64,000 nt of DNA, from contig CAVVHE010000004.1 in NCBI GenBank assembly GCA_963748015.1, positions 1,312,001 to 1,376,000 of the forward strand. Reading direction: 5' to 3'. A program made the translations under genes and the position numbers. This document shows positions 34,544 through 45,737 of the stretch, piece by piece. Source of the stretch: Terriglobia bacterium (GTDB lineage Bacteria > Acidobacteriota > Polarisedimenticolia > Polarisedimenticolales > JAIQFR01). Each line of letters opens with the position of its first letter. Position 1 is the stretch's first letter. A model generated the notes under the pieces. It was not told the DNA's origin. It searched no databases and was given only the letters and a program-made list of their open reading frames with translations.

Positions 34544-37219
34544 TCATCTCGACTTCCCGAATTCGTTCAGGAACAGATGCAGATCCTCCGCGTCCACGCA
34601 TGCTCCGCTTCCCGTCGGCACGCGATCAAGATTCGCCAGGCCGTTGTATCCCGGGTCCCCGGGGCAGAGCGCGTAGGTGCTCGCGAACACGAACAGATCC
34701 CGCCCGTCTACTCGCTCCGCCGAGAAGCCGTCGGTCGAGAGGTTGGAAGAAGCCAACAGCGAAGCCGCGTCGCAGACATTGGATTGGTCCGGGTTGTAGA
34801 TGGCGGGGCAGTTGTCGCAGGAGTCGGGCATGTCGTCGAGATCCACGCTCGGACCGAGGCTCGCCAGGCACGCGTCGATGTCCGCGCCGCAGGCCAGCTC
34901 ATCGAAAGGGTAACAGGGCCGTGACGCGAGATCGGTGATTCTCACGTACCGAGCAGATGCCAGGCGGGTAGCCGCGAGGTCGACGGGACACCCGTCCTCG
35001 GGACAGTCTCTCGCGAAGAAGTAGGACAGGTCGTCTTCGCTGACCTCGACACGAAAGTACTCGTTGACATCCTGGCTGTTCCGCCCCCTCGAGTAGACGA
35101 CGAAATCGGCCCCAGGCCCGCTCTGGATCGGCGGATCCATCGAGAGGACGATTCGACCGCCCACGCCGAGGGAAACGACCTCGCCGTCCGGAAAGCCGAG
35201 CGCTCCCATTGCCGAGGCGCTTCCCGAGTCGCCGGGCGTGAATTCGATCACGCCGCCGGCTCGCGCGCAGGCCGCGACCGGGGCGTACTCCCACGTATCG
35301 GAAACGTCGGTGCCGCCGAAGAGCACCAGGCGCTGTCTCGCGGCGTCGTATGCCAGGCCGACGTTCTGGCGGGCGGCCGGGGTCGACGGGGGCCTCGCCT
35401 GGGCCCACGTGTTTCCATCCCACTCCCACAGTTCCCCATTCTCGAAAAGCAATACGCGCTCCCGCGTGTCGTCGTACGCCATCGCGTGCCCTGCACGCCG
35501 GTAGGGGCTCGTATCGGGCGTCATTTCGAGCCAGTTGCTTCCGTCCCATTCCCAAGTGTCGCCGAGATATTCCGATTCCGTCATACCTGCGAAGAGCACG
35601 ACACGCCGGCGCGCGCCGTCGTACGCCATGGCGTGGAAGGCACGCGTCGGCGGAATCGAGACCGGCGCCATCAGCGTCCACGTGCTTCCGTCCCACTCCC
35701 ACGTGTCGGCCAGCGGTCGACATTCCCCGTCTTCACGACACCCCCCGAAGACCACGACCCTGTCTTGCCCGCTGTCGTAAGCCATCGCGTGTCCGTAGCG
35801 CGATGTTGGGCCGACGGCCGCAGTCCTGTCCATCCAGGCAATCCCGTTCCATTCCCACGTGTCTGCGAGCGGACCGCTCGATCCCCACCCTCCAAAGAGC
35901 ACCACGCGGCCGCGCCCGCTGTCGTACGCCATCGCGTGGTACCCTCGCCCGGGGGGAGATTCCGCAGGAGTCTTCTCGACCCACGCTCTTCCATCCCACT
36001 CCCAGGTGTCCGCCAGCGGACCGGTCGACCCCAAGCCTCCGAAGAGCACCACGCGGCCTCTCTTCGCGTCGTACACCAGGCCGGGAGCTACGCGGGCCGG
36101 CGGGATTGCGGTGGCGCTCCTGTCGTGCCAGGCGTTGCCGTCCCACTCCCAGGTATCGGCGAGTCCGCCGCCGCCGGCGAGAACCATGCGGCCTCTCTCG
36201 CTGTCATAGGCCATGCCGGGCGTCTCGCGGGCCGGAGGACTCACCGGGGTGTTTCTCGGCCGCCACACATCACCATTCCATTCCCACGTATCTTGGAGTG
36301 GTCCGGAGATCCCGTCACCGCCGAAGAGCAAGACGCACCGTCGCTTCGTGTCATAGGCCATCGCGTGAAGAAAGCGAGCCGGTGGACTCCCGCCGGAACT
36401 CCCTTTGGTCCACGTGCTCCCGTCCCACTCCCACATGTCGTCCAAGGCACCGGCATCGCCGAGGCCTCCGAAGAGCACCACGCGCCCCCGCGCGCCGTCG
36501 TAGGCCACGGCGTGGCCGTAGCGTGAGGACGGGCCCGCCGTGGCCGTCCTTTCGGTCCACGTGGATCCGTCCCATTCCCACGTGTCGGCCAAGGCGCCAG
36601 CCTCGCCGCGCCCTCCGAAGAGCACCACGCGCTCGCGCGTGCTGTCGTAGGCCATCGCGTGGAAGGAGCGAGGCGGGGGACTCGTGGCGGTTACCGCTCG
36701 AACCCAGTCGACGCCGTTCCACTCCCACGTGTCGGAGAGATAGTGTCGTCCGGAATCATCGTAGGAATAGTACCCACCGAACAGCACGATGCGGGCACGG
36801 GCGGTGTCGTATGCGATCGCGCAGCCGCCTCTGTGATTCGGCATGGTGGCGGCGGACGTCGCCCGCCCCCATGACGTCCCGTCCCACTCCCACGTCTCGA
36901 CAAACGGACCGCTCGCGTGCTCACCCCCGAACATCACGATGCGCCGTCGCGAGCTGTCGTAGGCCAGTGCGTTGATGCGGCTAGCAGGCGGACTCGGAGA
37001 CTCCCGCGCAAGAACCCAGTCGAGGCCCGCGAAGGACGACGTAAAGGCCTCCACGGGTCCGACCGACGATTTCGTCGGGGTGATAGCGGGCCATGGGAGG
37101 CTCGGGCGATCACTTCCAAGGACCGCGGTGGGGTCAGCGATCGAGAGCGGAATGGCGCCCCCCACCCACACCACCACCCAAACGAGCAGGCCAACGGGCA
37201 GTTGTTTTCGCATTCGCAC
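34544..37219 (-). CDS. secreted Kelch-repeat protein: 12 repeats, jelly-roll-like domain, TSP3 repeat and dockerin-like C-terminus
   Basis: Signal peptide; 12 Kelch-like repeats; DLDDMPDSCDNCPAIYNPDQ; twin VDGRDL..F / VDAEDL..F calcium-loop-helix motifs. Confidence 0.82.
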   Translation of the reverse strand: MRMRKQLPVGLLVWVVVWVGGAIPLSIADPTAVLGSDRPSLPWPAITPTKSSVGPVEAFTSSFAGLDWVLARESPSPPASRINALAYDSSRRRIVMFGGEHASGPFVETWEWDGTSWGRATSAATMPNHRGGCAIAYDTARARIVLFGGYYSYDDSGRHYLSDTWEWNGVDWVRAVTATSPPPRSFHAMAYDSTRERVVLFGGRGEAGALADTWEWDGSTWTERTATAGPSSRYGHAVAYDGARGRVVLFGGLGDAGALDDMWEWDGSTWTKGSSGGSPPARFLHAMAYDTKRRCVLLFGGDGISGPLQDTWEWNGDVWRPRNTPVSPPARETPGMAYDSERGRMVLAGGGGLADTWEWDGNAWHDRSATAIPPARVAPGLVYDAKRGRVVLFGGLGSTGPLADTWEWDGRAWVEKTPAESPPGRGYHAMAYDSGRGRVVLFGGWGSSGPLADTWEWNGIAWMDRTAAVGPTSRYGHAMAYDSGQDRVVVFGGCREDGECRPLADTWEWDGSTWTLMAPVSIPPTRAFHAMAYDGARRRVVLFAGMTESEYLGDTWEWDGSNWLEMTPDTSPYRRAGHAMAYDDTRERVLLFENGELWEWDGNTWAQARPPSTPAARQNVGLAYDAARQRLVLFGGTDVSDTWEYAPVAACARAGGVIEFTPGDSGSASAMGALGFPDGEVVSLGVGGRIVLSMDPPIQSGPGADFVVYSRGRNSQDVNEYFRVEVSEDDLSYFFARDCPEDGCPVDLAATRLASARYVRITDLASRPCYPFDELACGADIDACLASLGPSVDLDDMPDSCDNCPAIYNPDQSNVCDAASLLASSNLSTDGFSAERVDGRDLFVFASTYALCPGDPGYNGLANLDRVPTGSGACVDAEDLHLFLNEFGKSR

Positions 37220-37350
37220 CCCCGAATGCGTGCCGACCTCTGATTTAGCAGGTACGGGTCGGGGGTGCGGAAGTCAAGCGAAAAGCGACGAAGAGGGCGG
37301 CAGGCGCCGTCCATCGGGATCGACGGCTCACCGATCGGACGAGGATGAGA

Positions 37351-40091
<2,741 letters not shown>

Positions 40092-40708
40092 CAGCTAGGT
40101 TCCCGTGGGACGGCGGCCGCGCGTCGCATCGCGCGGTTCCTCCCCGAAGCATCGGTCAGTATAGGAGGCCGCCAAGTCCTTGGCTAGCAACGTCGCCTCG
40201 CCCGCGGATCGTCCTCGGCTGAGCGGGTTCTCGCCGAATGGGGACGGCAACCATGAGGTACGGACGGGGGGCTACCCGCGATCGGTCGATGTCGCGCTTG
40301 ACGGTTGCTGTCCCCTAGGGGGTCGTCTGCGAACCCGTTTCCGGCCCCCACGCCACTCCACTCCACAACACTCGGCCGAAACGATACAACAACTTCGGGG
40401 TCATGCCTCCCGGCGGAGTGGCGTGCCGTCGGGAGGAGTTCCCGCACAGTTCCCGCACGGTTGGCCTGGCCGGTGGCCGATAGTCGGAACCCGCCAGAGG
40501 CGGCAGTTCACCTGCGATCCCCAAAGGCCGCCCGAATAGCCAAACTGCCGCGCCCGCGCGCCGGAGATCCGCCCGGCCCTTCGGGTGAAGTGACTTGAAA
40601 CGTCTCGTGGAGACGAGTATGAAGGGCAAGAAGAAGGGCACCTGACCCAGATTTCGAGCCTTGACGTTTGACCTTGCAACCTGGTTCGCGGCTTCGGCGA
40701 GGGAATCG

Positions 40709-41005
40709 ATGGCCGTTATCGAGAGATTCCGCTTTGAATCGCGTGGTGCTTTCGGGTGCAGTAATTCGGATTACCACCTGCAGCGCCTAACGTGCTGTGG
40801 CACGTTCGTCGTGGAGGACTACGAACTGTCAGACCTGTACTTCGACCCAGGCGATCTGTCAAAGCGTATCAGCTTGCTGCGAAACAGCGACGACACCGCT
40901 CCACTCGTTTGTCCAGTCTGCGACGCTGAAGAATGGGATTTGGTCGAAGTCGAGGGATTGTCCGACGTTCCTGAACCATGGCGTTGGGCGTGTCGGCCAC
41001 AGTGA
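40709..41005 (+). CDS. hypothetical Cys-rich protein (cassette 1)
   Basis: ATG after GAGGGA; 98 aa with TCCG and CPVC motifs; atypical codon usage. Confidence 0.65.
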   Translation: MAVIERFRFESRGAFGCSNSDYHLQRLTCCGTFVVEDYELSDLYFDPGDLSKRISLLRNSDDTAPLVCPVCDAEEWDLVEVEGLSDVPEPWRWACRPQ

Positions 41006-41010
41006 GGCCA

Positions 41011-41107
41011 GCCGAACCAGCGTTTGAAGCGGAGCGAGGCCGCCGTTTGGGTTGGGCGGGCGGCGACGTCTTTTCGGCGACCCGAGCGCCTAGCCTTTTC
41101 GTTAGGC
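41011..41107 (+). mobile_element. attC-like site 1
   Basis: R'' GCCGAAC 5 bp after the stop codon; R' GTTAGGC (GTTRRRY) 11 bp before the next ATG; L boxes degenerate. Confidence 0.6.
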
Positions 41108-41118
41108 GGCACCAAATC

Positions 41119-41568
41119 ATGGTTAACCGGCGGGTGATTAAGGGGGTACTGACCAACTTCCTCGGGACCTATACAAGCAGGTACTCCGATTACCACGGCT
41201 ATTGGTTGTTCGGATTCTTGGTGGACCATTTCGAAGAACTGGAGGTCGACCTGCTGAGTGAGCCGACGCCTAGCGACGGGACGGCATTCGGAACGGCGCG
41301 TAGTGTGGCGGCGACCAAGTTCCGCGATCAAGTGCAGAAAGCGAAACTGGAGTTCTCGTACCTTCGCAAGGCCAAGTTGACGATAACCCGACTGTCGGTC
41401 AATTCCCGCCTGACATTAGGCACGACCGGCAGCCTTCGTAGCGGTTACGACGTCAGGTTCTTCGCCGTAGCCGAACTGCACAACGGCAGACGCTACTTCT
41501 CCGAGAGGGTGGAGTTCATCGCCCCTCACGATCCGTCTTTCGAGCTAAGGAGTTCACGTGATGTCTAG
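41119..41568 (+). CDS. hypothetical protein (cassette 2)
   Basis: 149 aa starting MVNRRVIKGVLTNFLGTYTSRYSDYHGYWLFG, just downstream of GTTAGGC. Confidence 0.7.
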   Translation: MVNRRVIKGVLTNFLGTYTSRYSDYHGYWLFGFLVDHFEELEVDLLSEPTPSDGTAFGTARSVAATKFRDQVQKAKLEFSYLRKAKLTITRLSVNSRLTLGTTGSLRSGYDVRFFAVAELHNGRRYFSERVEFIAPHDPSFELRSSRDV

Positions 41569-41661
41569 TTTAGCCGTGAAGGAGCCTTCACCCGCTGTCA
41601 CGGGCCGTGCCTGCGAGCGCCCCGCGTCGGTTTGGCCCGAAGGTCACGGTCGCCGTTCGAC
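41563..41661 (+). mobile_element. attC-like site 2 (degenerate)
   Basis: R'' GTCTAGT containing the stop codon, 5-nt spacer, L'' CGTGAAGG ... L' GGTCACG, 6-nt spacer, R' GTTCGAC. Confidence 0.5.
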
Positions 41662-41670
41662 TACCGAGGG

Positions 41671-41889
41671 ATGAGCGTGCGAGCCACGATTTGCGTTGAT
41701 GTTGACCACGCCGACGAACACGCGCTCGTTGAGTCGTGGCTCGATCGCTGGCGCGAACGGCTGGCGTTTGTCTCGGAGAACGAAGGCTGCGGCTGTTGCT
41801 TTGATATCTGGAACGTGGATGGGCCTGCCGAGGCCATCGAGGAACTCCCAGCGGCCGTTCGTGCCGTGAGTGACTGGGCGCGAGGATAG
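41671..41889 (+). CDS. hypothetical small acidic protein with CGCC motif (cassette 3)
   Basis: 72 aa; SENEGCGCCFDIWNVDGP; starts 9 bp after R'. Confidence 0.65.
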   Translation: MSVRATICVDVDHADEHALVESWLDRWRERLAFVSENEGCGCCFDIWNVDGPAEAIEELPAAVRAVSDWARG

Positions 41890-42047
41890 GCATCGGCGAA
41901 ATCGCGTCGCGGGATCGCAATCCAAGCAGTTGCGCCGCCTTTCAGCACCCGTTGATGCACGTGAACAGAATTGAAGAAGGCGCACCCCGCCCGCACGATG
42001 GCTTGTCAACCCACTCCGTTTCGTCCTCCCGCGGTTGTCGAGGGCGG

Positions 42048-42656
42048 TTACGGCGGGTCGGCGGCGAGGCCGGGGGGCGGCGGGACCGGCGCGTGGATCG
42101 CGCGAAAGAACAAGCGGTCGGCCGCGCGCAGGAGGGCGCCGTCGAGCCGCGCGACGGTCCGCCGCAGCGAAAAGGGAACCCGCAGCGCGCGAAGCGCGCG
42201 GTCCACCGAGCGGTCGGCGACGGCGCTCGAGCCGGTCCAGAAGAAGTCGTGGAGAGCGAGGAGGGCGGCGTAGAGGCGCGCGCGGGGGGTCATCAGGTCG
42301 CGCCACTCCCCGTCGCGTCGCATCGCGGTGACGCGGCCGATCACGCGCGCCGGGTCCACGGGCGGATCGAGCGCGAGGACGTTGTCTCCTCTCGTCCTCA
42401 GGCACGGGCGCCCCTCGCGGTCGGTCGAGCGGAAGATCAGCCGGTGGACGGCGAGGAACTGACCCTGCCGGAAGAGCACGAGATCCCCCCGGCGGAGATC
42501 CGTCGGAGCGAAGTCCACGGAGAGCAGCGACTCCGGAGGCAGGATCGGCCTCATGCTCTCGCCGAGCACGCGGACGACCCCCAGGCGGCCCGCGTGGCCC
42601 ATGAGCGCCACGGCGGCATCCAGGAGCGGGGGATCGATACCGTTCTGGGAGTTCAT
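42048..42656 (-). CDS. S24/S26-family peptidase-like protein
   Basis: GESMRP (Ser), GDLVLF, VHRL, RGDN..D and VIGRV motifs. Confidence 0.75.
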   Translation of the reverse strand: MNSQNGIDPPLLDAAVALMGHAGRLGVVRVLGESMRPILPPESLLSVDFAPTDLRRGDLVLFRQGQFLAVHRLIFRSTDREGRPCLRTRGDNVLALDPPVDPARVIGRVTAMRRDGEWRDLMTPRARLYAALLALHDFFWTGSSAVADRSVDRALRALRVPFSLRRTVARLDGALLRAADRLFFRAIHAPVPPPPGLAADPP

Positions 42657-42667
42657 GGGACCGGCCT

Positions 42668-42725
42668 AAAAAGCCGGCCCCCTCCGGACCCTCGGGGGGG
42701 CATGACCATCAGGTCCGGAGGGGGC
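42668..42725 (-). terminator. terminator-like hairpin
   Basis: GCCCCCTCCGGACC/GGTCCGGAGGGGGC perfect 14-bp inverted repeat (42677-42690/42712-42725) with T5 on the minus strand. Confidence 0.55.
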
Positions 42726-42759
42726 GCGACACTGACCAGGAGGAGGTCATGTGTTCGCT
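42668..42759 (-). ncRNA. candidate sigma54-dependent ~90-nt sRNA or attenuated leader
   Basis: Hairpin 1 with loop UCCUCCU, then a 14-bp GC stem followed by CGGCUUUUU. Confidence 0.45.
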
Positions 42760-42769
42760 CGGTAAGAAT

Positions 42770-42786
42770 AGCAACTCCGGTGCCAA
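42770..42786 (-). promoter_or_regulatory. sigma54 (-24/-12) promoter
   Basis: TTGGCACCGGAGTTGCT matches TGGCAC-N5-TTGCW. Confidence 0.7.
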
Positions 42787-42934
42787 GCCGTGCATCTCCG
42801 AAAAACGAAGTCATTCCACCCTTTCGCCCGTCATCTGCCGCCCCGGCTGCCGTTCCGTCGCGGCCACGCTGACGCGGCACGTCAGGGCCGCGCCAGCCTG
42901 GCATACGCGCCTCGGCGACGCGCCCCGCGCCACG

Positions 42935-43591
42935 TCAGTCATCCGGATCGCCCTCGTCTTCCCGTCGGGCCAGGCGCTCCCGGATCTCGGCCTCGGCGGC
43001 CTTCAGCTCCGCCTGGAGCAGGTTGATCTTCTCCATGATCGGGTCGATCAGCTCGGCGTGGTCCAGGAGGTCCGCGTGCACGCGCCGGTCCACGCTGACC
43101 ACCCGCGCCGGTATCCCGACGACCGTGCAGTTGTCCGGAACGTCCTTCACCACCACCGAGCCCGCGCCCACCTTCACGTTCTCCCCGAGGCTGATGTCGC
43201 CGAGGACGGCCGCGCCGCACCCCACGACGACGCCGCGGAGAAGGGTCGGGTGGCGCTTCCCCTTCGCCTTGCCCGTCCCCCCCAGCGTGACCCCCTGGTA
43301 CAGGGTGCAGCCGTCTCCGATCACCGCCGTCTCTCCGATCACCGTCCCCATCCCGTGGTCGATGAAGACGTCCCGGCCGATCGTCGCGCCGGGGTGGATC
43401 TCGATCCCGGTCAGGAAGCGCGCCGCGTGAGACACCAGGCGCGCCACGGTCCAGAGGCCCAGGCGCGCGTGAAGGTAGTGCGCGACACGATGCGCCGCGA
43501 GCGCGTGCACTCCGGGGTACGCCAGCAGGATCTCGATCCACGATCGAGCCGCCGGGTCCCGCCGCCGCACGGTATCGAAGTACTTGAACAT
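42935..43591 (-). CDS. cysE: serine O-acetyltransferase
   Basis: [38 protein letters not shown] and VVGIPAR motifs. Confidence 0.95.
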   Translation of the reverse strand: MFKYFDTVRRRDPAARSWIEILLAYPGVHALAAHRVAHYLHARLGLWTVARLVSHAARFLTGIEIHPGATIGRDVFIDHGMGTVIGETAVIGDGCTLYQGVTLGGTGKAKGKRHPTLLRGVVVGCGAAVLGDISLGENVKVGAGSVVVKDVPDNCTVVGIPARVVSVDRRVHADLLDHAELIDPIMEKINLLQAELKAAEAEIRERLARREDEGDPDD

Positions 43592-43782
43592 CGTTTCCGT
43601 CCGCTCGCCCCTCAATCTAGTACCGCGTCCCTGAAATACCAATACGGAGGTCGCCGGCGACCCCGGGACGGGACGGCGACCCGCGGGGGCCGCGGGCGCA
43701 CGGAAGTTCCCGCTCGCGTTGTCCGCGCCCCGAGCCGTCTGATACCGTATCGGTCCTTTCGCCGAGGTGCGCCGGAGCCGCC

Positions 43783-44970
43783 GTGCAGTACAAGAACCTG
43801 TTCCGAAAGCTGGAGAAGACGCTCGCCGCCCTCGAGCGATCCGACGACATCCTGGGGACTCTCTCCGCGATCCTCGGGCGCCTCGTCACGGACTTCCAGG
43901 ACGACCTGGGAATCGTGGGAGGCAGGATCTACGTCCGCCACGACGGCTACTTCGTTCTCGAGAGCGAGTGCCCGGCGGGGAAGGCGCCGCTCGGCTTCCG
44001 AATCCCGGTCTCCTATCCGCCCATCGGGGAAATCCTCGATCGCGGCTTCGCCTTGAAGGAGATCAGCGATCCCGGCATCGACCGCGAGATCGAGCAGGCG
44101 ATCGGGGTCAGCGTCTTCGCCGCGATCCGCATCGGAGACAAGGGACGCCAGATCATGGCGTTCAGCCTCAAGCCGCCCGTCGAGGCGGAGCAGGTCGTCT
44201 ACACCCTCAACACGATCCGGCACGTCGTGAACCTCAAGGTGCGGCAGGAGCACCTCGAGGACCGCGTGGCGGAAGTGCGCGAGATCCAGCTCTCCCTCCT
44301 CCCCGCATCCTCTCCACAATTCGGCCCGTTCGACGTGCACGGCGCGTCGGTGCCCGCGGAGGAGGTCGGCGGCGACCTCTACGACTTCATCCCGGTCACG
44401 GCCCGCCGCCTGGGCATCGCGATCGCCGACTCGTCGGGACACGGCCTCCCCGCGGCCCTGCAGGCTCGCGACGCGATCATCGGCCTGAGGATGGGGGTGC
44501 AGGAGCATCTCCGGATCACCTCGACGATCGAGAGGCTGAACCGGGTCGTGAGCCACTCGGCGCTCGCGTCGAAGTTCATCTCGCTCTTCTACGGCGAGCT
44601 CGAGATGAACGGCACGCTCGTCTACTGCAACGCGGGGCAGACCCCGCCGCTCGTGCGGGTGGGCGGGAGCTTCGTCGAGCTGACCCGGGGCGGGACCGTG
44701 CTCGGCCCGAACCCCGACGCGCTCTACGAGCGCGGCTACGTGGACCTCCCGCAGGGGGCGGTATTCCTCGCCTACACCGACGGGATCACCGAGTCGTTGA
44801 ACGCGGCGGGAGAGGCGTTCGGGACGGACCGGCTGCGCGAGATCCTCGCGTCGCAACTCTGGCTCTCCGCCCGCGATCTGGTCGAGGAGGTCTTCGACAG
44901 GGTCCGGGCGTTCTCGATCGTGGACCCGCCCGTGGACGACCAGACGGTCGTGGCGATCGTCCGCCGCTGA
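43783..44970 (+). CDS. PP2C/SpoIIE-family (RsbU-like) phosphatase with N-terminal GAF-like region
   Basis: [32 protein letters not shown] and DDQT motifs. Confidence 0.9.
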   Translation: MQYKNLFRKLEKTLAALERSDDILGTLSAILGRLVTDFQDDLGIVGGRIYVRHDGYFVLESECPAGKAPLGFRIPVSYPPIGEILDRGFALKEISDPGIDREIEQAIGVSVFAAIRIGDKGRQIMAFSLKPPVEAEQVVYTLNTIRHVVNLKVRQEHLEDRVAEVREIQLSLLPASSPQFGPFDVHGASVPAEEVGGDLYDFIPVTARRLGIAIADSSGHGLPAALQARDAIIGLRMGVQEHLRITSTIERLNRVVSHSALASKFISLFYGELEMNGTLVYCNAGQTPPLVRVGGSFVELTRGGTVLGPNPDALYERGYVDLPQGAVFLAYTDGITESLNAAGEAFGTDRLREILASQLWLSARDLVEEVFDRVRAFSIVDPPVDDQTVVAIVRR

Positions 44971-44977
44971 CGCGCGC

Positions 44978-45700
44978 TCAGCGCTCGAGGAACCAGAACG
45001 CGACGCCGACGGCGGCGATCAGCAGTCCACTCGTCATTTCCATGTAGCGCGCCGCGCCGGGAGGCTCGAAGCGCCGGATGCCGGCGACGCCGGCGACCGA
45101 GAGACCGACCATGAGGGCGATCGTCGTGGCGCTGTACGCCACCGCGACGAGCGAGAGCACCCTGGCGCCGTGCTCCGCCGCCGCCAGCACGATCGGGAGG
45201 ACCAGAACGCACGGGTTGACACCCACGATCACCGCGAGGTACACCGCCCCCCGCCCCCCGACGCCCTCGATGAGCCGCCGGTCGGCGTGGTAGTGCAGGT
45301 GGCCCGGATCGCCGGGCCCCTCGCTGCCGTCGCAGCCCGGCCCCTCCTCCTCGCGGTGCAGCAACGAGCCGCCGGGATGGAAGTGCCCGCCCTTCTTCCA
45401 GGCCCAGCCCGCGTACACCAGCCCGAACACGATCAGGAGCCCGCCGCTGACCCGCTCGAGCGTCTCCCCCACGGCGGCCGTCGCCTCGCGCCCGATTCGC
45501 ACCGCGATCAGGCCGAGGAGAACGGACAGAGCGGTGTGGATCAGGGCCGACCCGCCGGAGATCGCGGCCGTCGTCCGCGCGCTCCAGCGGCGCGCGCGGC
45601 CGATCAGCACGAACGGGAGCCAGTGGTCGGGGATGAGCGTGTGGAACGCCGCGGTGGCGATCGCGGTCACGGTCAGGAGGTAGAACGGGGCATCGGCCAC
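44978..45700 (-). CDS. membrane protein, nickel/cobalt transporter-like (NicO/UreH-related)
   Basis: HTLIPDHWLPF motif; His-containing central loop; NPC; about six TM helices. Confidence 0.6.
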   Translation of the reverse strand: MADAPFYLLTVTAIATAAFHTLIPDHWLPFVLIGRARRWSARTTAAISGGSALIHTALSVLLGLIAVRIGREATAAVGETLERVSGGLLIVFGLVYAGWAWKKGGHFHPGGSLLHREEEGPGCDGSEGPGDPGHLHYHADRRLIEGVGGRGAVYLAVIVGVNPCVLVLPIVLAAAEHGARVLSLVAVAYSATTIALMVGLSVAGVAGIRRFEPPGAARYMEMTSGLLIAAVGVAFWFLER

Positions 45701-45737
45701 GGGGATGTCTCGCTCCTTTCCGGAGAGCGCCGGGATT

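Larger units (their letters stand above)
40709..41889 (+). mobile_element. integron-like gene cassette array without integrase (CALIN-like)
   Basis: Three small co-oriented ORFs of visibly lower GC separated by ~100-bp attC-like elements. Confidence 0.6.

Noticed and set aside
30980..36970. Periodic DNA repeats (CCCACTCCCACGTGTC, CCGAAGAGCAC) resembling a CRISPR array or DGR
   Set aside because: They encode the Kelch DTWEW and VLFGG motifs in frame; there is no cas or reverse transcriptase gene, and I saw no template/variable repeat pair.
41890..42040. A third attC site after cassette 3
   Set aside because: No convincing R''/R' pair or L-box geometry was found.
42709..42735. TCAGGTCCGGAGGG resembling the SRP RNA loop
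   Set aside because: It lacks the GGAA tetraloop and AGCAG motif, and it is one arm of a 14-bp inverted repeat.
42738..44056. Perfect AGGAGG before a 435-aa + strand ORF at 42749
   Set aside because: The ORF is antisense to cysE with a non-protein-like composition; the motif is better read as an anti-SD loop on the minus strand.
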